From the NCBI GenBank assembly GCA_041489255.1, contig JBGPQV010000004.1, positions 94,984 to 158,983 on the forward strand: a DNA stretch of 64,000 nucleotides, given 5' to 3'. This document shows, in pieces, positions 10,336-19,417 of the stretch. Numbering within the stretch: position 1 is the stretch's first letter; every line of letters starts with the position of its first letter. The translations under genes and the position numbers were made by a program. The notes under the pieces were generated by a model. That model searched no databases. It saw only the letters and a program-made list of their open reading frames with translations, and was not told the origin of the DNA. Source of the stretch: Thermoplasmata archaeon. GTDB lineage: Archaea; Thermoplasmatota; Thermoplasmata; RBG-16-68-12; JAFNFQ01.

Positions 10336-10790
10336 TACTTCACCTCTTCCAGAACCAACTCTATGTTGACGGTCTCGTGGTACCACCGCGTTGATCGCCC
10401 CATGGCCCTCGGCATCATGGCCTTGTTGGGCGAACCTTTGTGTGCCGCGATGACCTTGATTCTCATATTGTCCGATGTCAGTCCCTTGTACTCTGCGTTC
10501 TCCTGGGCGTTCTCGATGACCTTGAGCACCGCGCGCGCGGATTTCACCGGGTACCTGCCGGGTCCGATGCCCTTCTTGTGGCCGACCCAGCGCCTGTATG
10601 TCTTGAAAGGGACGGGCTGCTTCAGGGCGATGACATTCTCGAGATACTCCTTCGCCCTCTCCACGTTCATGCCCCTTATGGCCCTGCAGAGCTCGAACGT
10701 CTTCTTGGTGGGGATGAAGAGCTCGCGCCCCATGGCTTTCGCTGTCGTCTCGGGGTCGACGTCCTGTGCCGAATATCCCGCTTTCTTCAT
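10335..10790 (-). CDS. rpl22: Ribosomal protein uL22
   Basis: GPGRYPVK, NAEYKGL, PRAMGR. Confidence 0.97.
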   Translation of the reverse strand: MKKAGYSAQDVDPETTAKAMGRELFIPTKKTFELCRAIRGMNVERAKEYLENVIALKQPVPFKTYRRWVGHKKGIGPGRYPVKSARAVLKVIENAQENAEYKGLTSDNMRIKVIAAHKGSPNKAMMPRAMGRSTRWYHETVNIELVLEEVK

Positions 10791-10798
10791 CTGTTCAC

Positions 10799-11266
10799 CT
10801 ATTTCAACGGCATGAACTTTGACGATCTGGTCGCACCGACTCCCGGGCCAGAATGCTTGACTGTCTTCCGCGTCATCGCGAACTCTCCGAGATAGTGCCC
10901 TATCATCTCCGGCTTGATCTCCACTTTGACGAATTCCTTGCCGTTGTAGATTGCCACGGTCTTTCCTACGAAGTCAGGCAGGACGGGCACGTCCCTGCAG
11001 TGAGTCCGGAGTGGGTCCTCGCTGGCGCCATCGGATCTGAGCCTTTGAACGAAAATCGCCTGCGCTTCGTCCAGGCCGCGCTTGTAGGTCCTCCTTGCCC
11101 TCGAAGGCAACAGCTGGACTATCTCGTCCAATGTCATCGCCTTCATCTCTTCGAGGGTGTAGCCGCGGTAGGTAAACTCCTTCTTACGGCGGACTTCGGT
11201 GCCCGCTGCCTTCTTCCTGAGCCTTCTGCGCGCTGCCTTGGCGAAACCGCCCTTCTTCCTGACCAC
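10799..11266 (-). CDS. rps19: Ribosomal protein uS19
   Basis: [24 protein letters not shown]. Confidence 0.97.
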   Translation of the reverse strand: MVRKKGGFAKAARRRLRKKAAGTEVRRKKEFTYRGYTLEEMKAMTLDEIVQLLPSRARRTYKRGLDEAQAIFVQRLRSDGASEDPLRTHCRDVPVLPDFVGKTVAIYNGKEFVKVEIKPEMIGHYLGEFAMTRKTVKHSGPGVGATRSSKFMPLK

Positions 11267-11976
11267 TACTTCACCTTCTTCTTCTTCTTCTTCTTCTTCT
11301 GCGGTGACAGCCTACCTACCTTGCGCCCCGGCGGCGCTCCGGACGACACGGTGCTGGGCTTTCCTACATGCTGGTGCGCACCACCACCGTGAGGATGATC
11401 CACCGGATTCATCGCCACGCCGCTGACCTTGAAGTACGCCTTGGCGAGCGATCTGTATGCGAAGAACTTCCTTCCGGCCTTGTAGAACGGCTTGTCGCCG
11501 CGGCCTGCGCCGGACACGACTCCGACTGTCGCCCTGCAGTGCCTATCGAAGTCCTTCATCTGCCCTGAAGGGAGCTGCAGGATCGTCTTCGCGCCCTGGC
11601 TGACGATTAGCGCGGTGGTGCCAGCGGCACGGACCAGTTTCCCTCCATCGCCGGGCTGCATCTCGATGTTGTAGACCAGAGTGCCCTCGGGAATCTCACC
11701 CAGGGGCAGCGTGCAGCCTCTCTCGATGACCGGTTTGCCGGTCGTGACTGTTTGTCCGACCTCGAGGCCGTCGGGTGCGATCAGCATCGTCTTCTTCTCG
11801 CCGTAGCGCACAAGCGCGACAGGTGCGGAACGGCCTGGAGCCTGGATTATGTCTTCCACGACGCCTTCACCCTCGCCCTTGAAGTGCTTGACGGCGCCGA
11901 AGTGCCTGTGGCTAGGAGAGCGATAGGTCGGCGACGTTCCGCGACCCCTTCTCTGAGTCCTCAGGTTCTTTCCCAT
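11266..11976 (-). CDS. rpl2: Ribosomal protein uL2
   Basis: [30 protein letters not shown]. Confidence 0.98.
   Translation of the reverse strand: MGKNLRTQRRGRGTSPTYRSPSHRHFGAVKHFKGEGEGVVEDIIQAPGRSAPVALVRYGEKKTMLIAPDGLEVGQTVTTGKPVIERGCTLPLGEIPEGTLVYNIEMQPGDGGKLVRAAGTTALIVSQGAKTILQLPSGQMKDFDRHCRATVGVVSGAGRGDKPFYKAGRKFFAYRSLAKAYFKVSGVAMNPVDHPHGGGAHQHVGKPSTVSSGAPPGRKVGRLSPQKKKKKKKKVK
11275..11298 (-). repeat. (AAG)8 trinucleotide repeat encoding the poly-Lys tail of uL2
   Basis: Eight consecutive CTT triplets on the + strand. Confidence 0.9.
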
Positions 11977-11984
11977 GGCCTCAC

Positions 11985-12275
11985 CTAGAACACTCCTATT
12001 CTCATGCCGATGTCCTCGGCGGAGAATTCCGGCTTCAACTTGATGATCGCGTGCTTCCCGTCCTTTCTGATGAACGTGTGCACGCTGTCCACCTTGACTT
12101 CGAACATCTGCTCGAATGCCTTCTTGACGTCGTATTTCGTCGCCGTCCTCTTGACGATGAACTCGATCCTGTTGCCATCCTTCAGGTCCTGAGTCGGAGT
12201 GCCCGAGAGCATGTTCAGAGACTTCTCCGTCACATATGGATGCATCAATATCTCGTGCGGGTCCGTGATCACCAC
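11985..12275 (-). CDS. rpl23: Ribosomal protein uL23
   Basis: PYVTEK, FIV...ATKYDVKKA, KHAIIKL. Confidence 0.96.
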   Translation of the reverse strand: MVITDPHEILMHPYVTEKSLNMLSGTPTQDLKDGNRIEFIVKRTATKYDVKKAFEQMFEVKVDSVHTFIRKDGKHAIIKLKPEFSAEDIGMRIGVF

Positions 12276-13123
12276 CCCCTCAGCTTCTCGAAGGCGCCAG
12301 CGCTGAAGATTGTCAGCCGGCCGACGTCTCCACCTGGCGCCAGGAATTCCGCGTTTAGGCCTGATGGCGTGGTCACGTCCACGCCTGGCATATTCCCGAA
12401 ACCCTTCCGCACTCTGCTCGTGTCGTTCACGACGAGGAGGAAGCTCTTCGGAGACCTGTAGCGCCTTCCCCGCATCTTGCCTTTGCCGGGGCGGAGTGAC
12501 GTCTTCTCCTTCGAGCGGGCGACATCCTCTGTGACGCCGAGTGAGTCGAGCACTTTGAGCGCATCCTTGGCGGTGGCCGTGTTCTCGATCTCATCCACCG
12601 CCACGAGCGGGAGCGTCATTATCGGGCTGAAGCGGTGGCCTCTCCCCCGGACATTCTCTGCGACGCATAACGCGGACAGCGCCGAGTTGCGGGCCAGAGT
12701 CCTCTCCTTATGGTTCATCTTCTTCGCCCAGATGGTCTCCGGGCGTGGAGGATGCGCCCTGCGGCCACCTCTCGTTCCCGGTGCCTGCGCGCCAATCATC
12801 GTGCCCCTTATCCTTGGGACTCTGGAGACGCCCTGTCCTTTCCCGGACCACCGGACTGAGTGTCGCATGCCCGATCTTCGGCCTGGGCCGTACGCTTGGC
12901 GGCGGTTTGCCCGGGAAGCCGTCACTGCGCGCCTGACCAGATCGAGCCTGAATTCCGACATGAACACGGCGGGCAACTCGACGGAATGATCGACCTTCCC
13001 TTCGAGGTTGTAGACGTTGACATTGCGAGTTGGCGGCGCCTGAGTCTCCGGGATGGGGTGCTTCTTCGCGTGGATCGGTTTCTTCACCACGCGCGTCGCC
13101 TCCTTTTTCTCCACCATCTGCAT
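12269..13123 (-). CDS. rpl4: Ribosomal protein uL4
   Basis: GRRAHPP, GKGKMRGR, LAPGGDVGRLT. Confidence 0.97.
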   Translation of the reverse strand: MQMVEKKEATRVVKKPIHAKKHPIPETQAPPTRNVNVYNLEGKVDHSVELPAVFMSEFRLDLVRRAVTASRANRRQAYGPGRRSGMRHSVRWSGKGQGVSRVPRIRGTMIGAQAPGTRGGRRAHPPRPETIWAKKMNHKERTLARNSALSALCVAENVRGRGHRFSPIMTLPLVAVDEIENTATAKDALKVLDSLGVTEDVARSKEKTSLRPGKGKMRGRRYRSPKSFLLVVNDTSRVRKGFGNMPGVDVTTPSGLNAEFLAPGGDVGRLTIFSAGAFEKLRGW

Positions 13124-14127
13124 CAGCCCCCCTGCTTCGATTCTTTTGAAATATAGGTCATTTCAGGCGCCTTCTCTAGTGTGACATGCTTCGCGACCCT
13201 CGCGGCGTCTCGAAGGCGAACGAGCCTCTTCGTCGGCCCAGGTATGGAACCGTGCAGAAGCACGTAGTGATTCCTCACGACGCCGTAGTGCAGGAAGCCG
13301 CCGTCGGGCGTGATGTCCGCGCCGTTCTCCCCGATTTTGAGCACGCGCTTGTTATGCTCTGTCCTCTGGTGGTAGCCAACCTGCCCGCCCTGCGGCACTG
13401 TTGGTCTGATGTAGCCCGGGTTGAAATTTCCCCTGGTTCCGATCATCCGCCTGTGCTTGCTGTTCTTGTGCGACAGGAGCTTTACGCCGAATCTCTTGAC
13501 GAAACCCTGCCAACCTTTGCCCTTCGTCACCGCGGCGACGTCGAGCATCGCCCCTTCCTTCGTGAAGTCGGTGATCTTGATTTCTTTGCCGAGGAGGTCG
13601 ACGGCATACTTGAGTCGCGCCTCGACGGTACCTCCGCCGATTCGGTTCTCCATGATCTCGGGTTCCTTTTTCGGGATGCCCGTCACTAGGCTGGGCTGAG
13701 TGTACATGATGACGCGGACTTCGTCGATTCTCGAGATGTCGACCTCGACCTCACCGCTCTTAGACTTCTTGTTCTTCGGGATGGGGAAGGCGCGGGCGAG
13801 CTCTTTATCGAGCTTGTCTGCCCAGATTTCCTGCGCGACCTCGTGACCGTCGTGCGTCCTCTCGTACAGCCTGACGGCCGCGACCCTCATGGGCGGCACC
13901 TCGATCACGGTGACTGGGACCTGGACCTCTTGCCCGGTGGTCGTGCTCGTGGGCCTAAAGTCGACCATCAAGGCGTGCGTCATGCCCGCCTTGTAACCCG
14001 CGAACCCCTGGAGTCTTGGCCCGTCCTGTATCTCGGGCCATCCGGAGAAATGCGGAATCTGGCTTTCGCTCCTCTTCCGCGGCGAGTACGCCATCGAGCC
14101 CTTTCGTGGCCTGTGCTCCTTCGGCAT
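13123..14127 (-). CDS. rpl3: Ribosomal protein uL3
   Basis: PRKGS...PRKR, GYKAGMTH, GYHQRTE; ATG at 14127. Confidence 0.98.
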   Translation of the reverse strand: MPKEHRPRKGSMAYSPRKRSESQIPHFSGWPEIQDGPRLQGFAGYKAGMTHALMVDFRPTSTTTGQEVQVPVTVIEVPPMRVAAVRLYERTHDGHEVAQEIWADKLDKELARAFPIPKNKKSKSGEVEVDISRIDEVRVIMYTQPSLVTGIPKKEPEIMENRIGGGTVEARLKYAVDLLGKEIKITDFTKEGAMLDVAAVTKGKGWQGFVKRFGVKLLSHKNSKHRRMIGTRGNFNPGYIRPTVPQGGQVGYHQRTEHNKRVLKIGENGADITPDGGFLHYGVVRNHYVLLHGSIPGPTKRLVRLRDAARVAKHVTLEKAPEMTYISKESKQGG

Positions 14128-14183
14128 GTTCAGCCTCGAAGATGCCCTCTGCTGGGACAAGGCCGTCAGAGAGCCTTCTTTTC

Positions 14184-14274
14184 GCGTCGACCGTGACGCT
14201 TCCTACGCCCTAGAAAGGGCTAGGCGTGTTGTTGGGTTCCGTGAGGGATAACCCACTCACGTCTGGTTCGACGC
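14184..14274 (-). promoter_or_regulatory. Candidate structured 5' leader RNA of the L3 operon
   Basis: Nested inverted repeats GCGTCGA/TCGACGC, GACG/CGTC, GGGT..TCC/GGA-ACCC and CCTA-GCCCT/AGGGC-TAGG, immediately downstream of a TATA-like element. Confidence 0.55.
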
Positions 14275-14299
14275 TGTCTGTCGTCAAAACATGCGGCTG

Positions 14300-14306
14300 T
14301 ATTTAA
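14300..14306 (-). promoter_or_regulatory. TATA-like box for the ribosomal superoperon
   Basis: TTAAATA on the minus strand within GC-rich DNA, about 25 nt upstream of the structured leader. Confidence 0.55.
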
Positions 14307-14539
14307 CGCTTGCTATCTGCAGACCCCCGTCATCATGGGGCGTGGCTGCTGGCCGAAGGCGATCAGAAAGGCTGTTGCGGCGAACGGATTTTGCAGACTG
14401 GAGCCTTCTCATCTCGCCATGACTAGAGCCCGAGCTTGGGCTCCGGCGCAGACAACGTTGCGCATTTGATGTTCACGTCGTAGCCACCAAATACAGGAAA
14501 CGCCTTGCCTTCTTCCGGCCACGCCGGCAGGTGTAAGCC

Positions 14540-15754
14540 TTGGAATTCATCGCGGCTCTGCTGATTGTGCTTGTCACCGCTCTTGCACTCGGTGAAGGAT
14601 TCCGCCGCCTTGGTCACGCCCCGCTCATCGGCGAAGTTCTCGCCGGTCTCATCCTCGGTCCGAGCCTTCTCGCATTGGTAGATACGAACCCTGCAACGAG
14701 CGCGGGGGCCGGGCTCGGGACTGTGGCGACGCTCGGTGTCTTTTTCGTCGTTCTGGCGGCGGGAATCGAGGTCGGTCGTAGCGGATTGCGACAGGCGGTG
14801 CGGGAGGGAACCGCAATCGTCGCCGTGGTCGAGTTCATCTTCCCATTCTATCTGGGGACGCTCCTTGCCCAAGCGCTCCACCTCGATCCGCTCCCTTCGT
14901 TGCTCCTTGCGACCGGCATGGCCGTAACGGCACTTCCTGTGAGTGTCCGAATACTGATCGACTTCGACCTCCTTCAGACCCGTCTGGGCCGCGCGATTGT
15001 CTCAGTGGCAATTGTGAATGACATAATCGCATTTGCCATGCTTGGCGTCATCTTGACTCTGCAAAGTTCGATAACAGGGGGCGACCCGTATGGCGGCATC
15101 GCGATTGGCGTGGGGAAGATCCTCCTGTTCGTCCTGCTCGTCTCGATCATCGGATGGCTTTTCCTTCTGAAACGCGCAGACGGGCGACCACATCTGGCAG
15201 CGTTCACTGCGAAATTGAGGCGACCGGAGGCCGCGTTCGGCATCGCCGTCGCTCTCGCGCTGGGAATGGGCGCGCTGGCGGAGATGCTCGGCATACACTT
15301 CGTGGTCGGCGTGTTTTATGCGGGGGTCTTTCTCACCTCGGAGGCGGTCGGGATGTCTCAGTTCGCCCTCGTCCGCAACACGACTCAAAGCGTTGGACTC
15401 GGTTTCCTAGCGCCCGTTTTCTTTGCGTATGTCGGTCTCCGCATATCGATAACGCAGGTAGATTGGCTCCTGGTGGCGGTGGTGACCGCCGTCGCTTTCC
15501 TGGGCAAGATCATCGGGGGAGCGATTGGCGGGTACGCTGCGGGATTCAGGGGTCGCGAGCTAGCCGCACTCGGAATCGGTTTGAACGCGCGCGGCATGAT
15601 GGAACTCCTGCTGGCTGACATAGGTCTCCAGGCCGGAATCATCACTCAGAGCCTGTACGCCGCAATCGTTTTCATGACGCTGGTGACCACTGTGTGCGCG
15701 CCGATTCTGCTGAAGCTCCTGACAAAGGGCCCGAACGCGAACTTGACTGTATGA
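14540..15754 (+). CDS. Cation:proton antiporter (CPA2/Kef family)
   Basis: GEVLAGLILGPS, TALPV, VNDIIA, PVFFAYVG, NARG; many TM helices. Confidence 0.9.
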   Translation: MEFIAALLIVLVTALALGEGFRRLGHAPLIGEVLAGLILGPSLLALVDTNPATSAGAGLGTVATLGVFFVVLAAGIEVGRSGLRQAVREGTAIVAVVEFIFPFYLGTLLAQALHLDPLPSLLLATGMAVTALPVSVRILIDFDLLQTRLGRAIVSVAIVNDIIAFAMLGVILTLQSSITGGDPYGGIAIGVGKILLFVLLVSIIGWLFLLKRADGRPHLAAFTAKLRRPEAAFGIAVALALGMGALAEMLGIHFVVGVFYAGVFLTSEAVGMSQFALVRNTTQSVGLGFLAPVFFAYVGLRISITQVDWLLVAVVTAVAFLGKIIGGAIGGYAAGFRGRELAALGIGLNARGMMELLLADIGLQAGIITQSLYAAIVFMTLVTTVCAPILLKLLTKGPNANLTV

Positions 15755-15829
15755 CCCCGGACCTGTGCGCGACAATTCTACGAGCGCGGGAAGTCCCCCC
15801 TTTCTTGAGACACCTCAGAGACGGCGCCA

Positions 15830-16843
15830 CTAGTCCCTGAGCTCCTTGCGGAGCCACGGAGCTTGCTTCTCCCCTCCTCTGAAGCCCAGCTCCCTCATGG
15901 CGGGCAGGAAATGCTTCGGAACGAAGACCCTCAGCAGCCCCGCACCCAGTCTCTCCGCTGTGGCGGCGGCGCATTTCACGATTGTCTGGACCGAATCGGT
16001 CCTTCTTGCCTCGGCTGAACCGGACCACACGTCAATCTCGGTGACAGTCTCCGCGAAGAAGTCGCATCTCGATGCGAGGAGTAGGAATCCCAGTTGAAGC
16101 TGGTCGACCTTGACACGGACCAGCAGGTGCTTGTTGTGGCGGTCAACGCCTGCGATCTTGAACGGAGGCCAAGCGGCCAGGGCAATCTCGAACCTGAGTT
16201 GCGGCGGCTCTCTGTGGTTCCACGCTTGGAGGAAGCCGGTTATCCTGTAGTCCTCCGCCACCGGCGTCACCTTGAAATCGACATCGGGTTCCTCCATCGC
16301 TCTTAGGTCGACCTCGCACTCTCTCGTGTCCCAGAGTTCCTTGAATCCTAGGCGCCTGAAATCCAGCGAATCCCCGCCATGCTTCGGACCCACGTCCAAA
16401 TTCTTGATGCTCATCTTCCTGCAGCGTTCCTCACTCTTCTCCAAGAGCAGTCTCTCGACGGACTCCTTCCCCGCGTCCTTGCTCGCCATCAGCATTTCTA
16501 TGGCAGCATACTTCTTGAACGGCGGTCCTTCATCGGCAAGCCAGAGCTCACACTCGCCCACAACCTTCCCGCCCTCCTCCGCCACCATTATCGGGAAGCC
16601 CCTCGTGATGTACTCGTGGATGTGGCGCCTGCACAGGCTGTCGTCCATCCAGTCCCCGCCATGCAGGAGCCGCTGGAACGGAGTCAGGTCCTCATAGCTG
16701 CACGGGCTGTCGCGTGTGATCGGGTTGCGGAACCAAGACCCGAATGGGTTCTCCGCGACGTGCAGCTTCACTATGGCGGTCGCATCGTTGACGGTGGCGC
16801 TTCGGACTTGCAAGTCGCCCTCCTCTGCGGTGCATGCCCTCAT
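15830..16843 (-). CDS. GNAT-family N-acetyltransferase-like protein
   Basis: VRSATVND, VAEEGGKVVGECEL, FRRLGF; probable second degenerate GNAT domain. Confidence 0.65.
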   Translation of the reverse strand: MRACTAEEGDLQVRSATVNDATAIVKLHVAENPFGSWFRNPITRDSPCSYEDLTPFQRLLHGGDWMDDSLCRRHIHEYITRGFPIMVAEEGGKVVGECELWLADEGPPFKKYAAIEMLMASKDAGKESVERLLLEKSEERCRKMSIKNLDVGPKHGGDSLDFRRLGFKELWDTRECEVDLRAMEEPDVDFKVTPVAEDYRITGFLQAWNHREPPQLRFEIALAAWPPFKIAGVDRHNKHLLVRVKVDQLQLGFLLLASRCDFFAETVTEIDVWSGSAEARRTDSVQTIVKCAAATAERLGAGLLRVFVPKHFLPAMRELGFRGGEKQAPWLRKELRD

Positions 16844-16957
16844 GCTCTACAAATAAGTAATGAAGCAGGGGGTTCAACGGGGACGCTTGCATGTTCCGCA
16901 ATGCATCCCCTCGCCCGCTGGATGGAGAGTATCGAGTGTGGTAACGTCGTGGAAACG

Positions 16958-16963
16958 TTTATA
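16958..16963 (+). promoter_or_regulatory. TATA box of Rab-like GTPase 1
   Basis: TTTATA about 45 nt upstream of the ATG at 17005. Confidence 0.55.
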
Positions 16964-17004
16964 TCAAAACCTCTGGCTACTGAATAGCAAGGCCGGGGTT
17001 ATCA

Positions 17005-17568
17005 ATGGACTCCAAGCGAATGAAGATGAAAATCTGTCTCGTCGGGGAGGCGGCGGTGGGAAAAACAAGCCTCATTCGGCGCTTCGTCCTGGATGATTTT
17101 GACGACAAGTACATTCAGACTCTGGGTACGAAGGTTTCGAAGAAGGAGCTCAAGACGAACCACCCCGACCTGGATCTCGAGCTGAAGGTCGACATGACCA
17201 TATGGGACATCATGGGACAGAAGGGATTCCGCGAACTGCTCAAAGAGGCGTATTTCTACGGAGCCAAGGGCATAGTCGCGGTCTGCGACTCGACGCGAAG
17301 GAGCACGCTCGACGACCTGGACGACTGGATCGAAGGGGTCTACAGCGTAACAGGTAAGATTCCGATCGTCTTCATAGCGAACAAGTGCGACATAAGGGAG
17401 AAGATGGAGTTCGCCGAGGCCGAGATGGTCCAGGCCACGAAGGCCTACGACTCGCCGTTCTATTTCTCCAGCGCGAAGACCGGGGAGAACGTGGAGACGG
17501 CGTTCCAATCCCTCGCCGAGCGGGTGGCCAAAGAGCGCTTGGCAAGGCGTGAACCAGTCGAGGAATAG
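17005..17568 (+). CDS. Rab-like (Ras superfamily) small GTPase 1
   Basis: G1 GEAAVGKTS, G2 YIQTLG, G3 WDIMGQ, G4 NKCD, G5 SSAKTG. Confidence 0.93.
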   Translation: MDSKRMKMKICLVGEAAVGKTSLIRRFVLDDFDDKYIQTLGTKVSKKELKTNHPDLDLELKVDMTIWDIMGQKGFRELLKEAYFYGAKGIVAVCDSTRRSTLDDLDDWIEGVYSVTGKIPIVFIANKCDIREKMEFAEAEMVQATKAYDSPFYFSSAKTGENVETAFQSLAERVAKERLARREPVEE

Positions 17569-17619
17569 CCCTCTTGCGTCGGAGATGAACCGGCGGGCTG
17601 TCTTTTTCTCAATGAATGA

Positions 17620-17955
17620 TTAGCCATGCCTTTGCGGAAAGATGCTGCCGCAGTATGGGCCTAGCAGTGCATCTGCCGGGGCGCGGCGGCCACATGCCGG
17701 ACAGGTTCGCATCCTCGACATCTTTGCCGCCGTGGACGCGACAGACACAATGATGGCGAGTATCATCCCGAGGAACATTGGCATCGGATTGAATGTCGGC
17801 GGCGAATGGTTCCAGTCAAAGGCTGGGAGGATCGAGATGGCGATGATGAAGAGCATCAGGGTGAGCAGCATCGACCCCTCTTGCCTATTCATTGCGGATG
17901 AATCAGACACCTCTTGTGGATTTGGCTTTCCCTGCATGGCCCGCACCCAAAGCAC
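17620..17955 (-). CDS. Small 2-TM membrane protein with a degenerate zinc ribbon
   Basis: Two hydrophobic helices, then CPACG...GPYCG (third Cys replaced by Gly); start uncertain. Confidence 0.5.
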   Translation of the reverse strand: MLWVRAMQGKPNPQEVSDSSAMNRQEGSMLLTLMLFIIAISILPAFDWNHSPPTFNPMPMFLGMILAIIVSVASTAAKMSRMRTCPACGRRAPADALLGPYCGSIFPQRHG

Positions 17956-18110
17956 AATTGAACACGACCGATGAGCAAAGTTCGCTTGGCCATCGGTAGC
18001 ACGGAGATGGCCGTCCAGAGACTAGACCCCATTCACCCCTGTCATTCTCTGGTATTCGAATTGATACGCGTAATCAAGCGTGAGAAGCAGATTTGATACG
18101 TGCAGAGGAG

Positions 18111-18117
18111 TTTATAA
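18111..18117 (+). promoter_or_regulatory. TATA box of Rab-like GTPase 2
   Basis: TTTATAA about 30 nt upstream of the ATG at 18145. Confidence 0.6.
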
Positions 18118-18144
18118 CATCACGGGACTCATTTCGTATTCTTC

Positions 18145-18708
18145 ATGCAGACTGAGACTCTTCTCACACAGAAGCATGTGAAGGCGAAGCTGTGCCTCGT
18201 CGGCGAGACCGGCGTTGGCAAGACATCGTTGATCCGGAAGTTCGTGACTGACAGATTCGATGACAGGTACATCGCGACTGTCGGCACGAAGATCATGAAG
18301 AAGAGCACAGATGTCGTGTGGCGTGACGAACCGAGGACGCTCGACATGACGATCTGGGACATAATGGGAGAGAAGGGTTTCCGGACACTGCTCAAGGAGG
18401 CGTACTTCCACGGTTCACAGGGCATCATCGCGGTCTGCGACCTCACCAGGCCCGATACGCTGTTTGACCTGAACGGATGGGTGAATCTCGCGCTAAAGCA
18501 GGTCGGAGATGTGCCGTTCGTTTTCTTGGGGAACAAGGCTGACCTGTCGAAGGAGAAGGCGGTGGACGAGGAAGACCTCGCGAAGCTGTCCGCGATTCAC
18601 AAGTCCCCTTACTATCTCACAAGCGCGAAGACCGGCGAGAACATCGACAACGCGTTCAAGTCGATTTCGAAGGCCATGGTCGCAGCATGTTCAGACGAGA
18701 CTGGATGA
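18145..18708 (+). CDS. Rab-like small GTPase 2
   Basis: GETGVGKTS, YIATVG, WDIMGE, NKAD, TSAKTG. Confidence 0.93.
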   Translation: MQTETLLTQKHVKAKLCLVGETGVGKTSLIRKFVTDRFDDRYIATVGTKIMKKSTDVVWRDEPRTLDMTIWDIMGEKGFRTLLKEAYFHGSQGIIAVCDLTRPDTLFDLNGWVNLALKQVGDVPFVFLGNKADLSKEKAVDEEDLAKLSAIHKSPYYLTSAKTGENIDNAFKSISKAMVAACSDETG

Positions 18709-18741
18709 GGATATCACTTGAGATAACCACGAAGGAACTGA

Positions 18742-18748
18742 TTTATAA
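18742..18748 (+). promoter_or_regulatory. TATA box of Rab-like GTPase 3 (probably leaderless mRNA)
   Basis: TTTATAA 23 nt upstream of the ATG at 18772. Confidence 0.6.
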
Positions 18749-18771
18749 GCGCGGGAACGTGGATTCTCTCG

Positions 18772-19338
18772 ATGTCGACAGTTGGAGCGGTCACCGCAAC
18801 TAAGCAGAGGATGAAGGTCAAGATCTGTCTGGTCGGAGAGGGGGCGGTGGGCAAGACCTGCCTCATCCGCCGCTTCATTCACGATCAGTTCGACGACAAG
18901 TACATCTCGACTTTGGGGGCGAAGGTCTCCAAGAAGGAGATCAGTATGCCCGACCCCAAGGGCGGGCCAGACCTCGAGATAGACATGACAGTCTGGGACA
19001 TCATGGGAGAGAAAGGCTTCCGTGAGCTGCTCAAAGAGGCATATTTCCATGGAGCGCAGGGCATCCTGGCGCTGTGCGATGTCACACGCAAGGATACGCT
19101 CCTGGAGCTGCCCGAGTGGGTCAACGCGGTGAACAAGGTTGCCGGCGCGGTCCCGATGACGCTGCTGGCAAACAAGATCGACCTTGTCAACCAGCGCGTT
19201 GTCACCGACGAGGAGATCACGAAGGTCGCCGAGAGCTACAAGGCGCCCTGGATGAAAACGAGCGCCAAGACAGGCGAGAACGTCGAGTCCGGGTTCCAGA
19301 AGCTCGCGTGGCTCATCGCGAACAAGACTCTCCAGTGA
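18772..19338 (+). CDS. Rab-like small GTPase 3
   Basis: GEGAVGKTC, YISTLG, WDIMGE, NKID, TSAKTG. Confidence 0.93.
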   Translation: MSTVGAVTATKQRMKVKICLVGEGAVGKTCLIRRFIHDQFDDKYISTLGAKVSKKEISMPDPKGGPDLEIDMTVWDIMGEKGFRELLKEAYFHGAQGILALCDVTRKDTLLELPEWVNAVNKVAGAVPMTLLANKIDLVNQRVVTDEEITKVAESYKAPWMKTSAKTGENVESGFQKLAWLIANKTLQ

Positions 19339-19417
19339 GTCTCCGACGCAATCCTGGTGCTGCAAGCTCTGTCAGCCTGAGCGCTGTACGCGATCGCCAG
19401 GCAAATCGACGAGATGC

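Noticed and set aside
251-14213. Many long plus-strand ORFs opposite the r-protein genes
   Set aside because: Antisense shadows caused by GC-rich codon bias; no motifs
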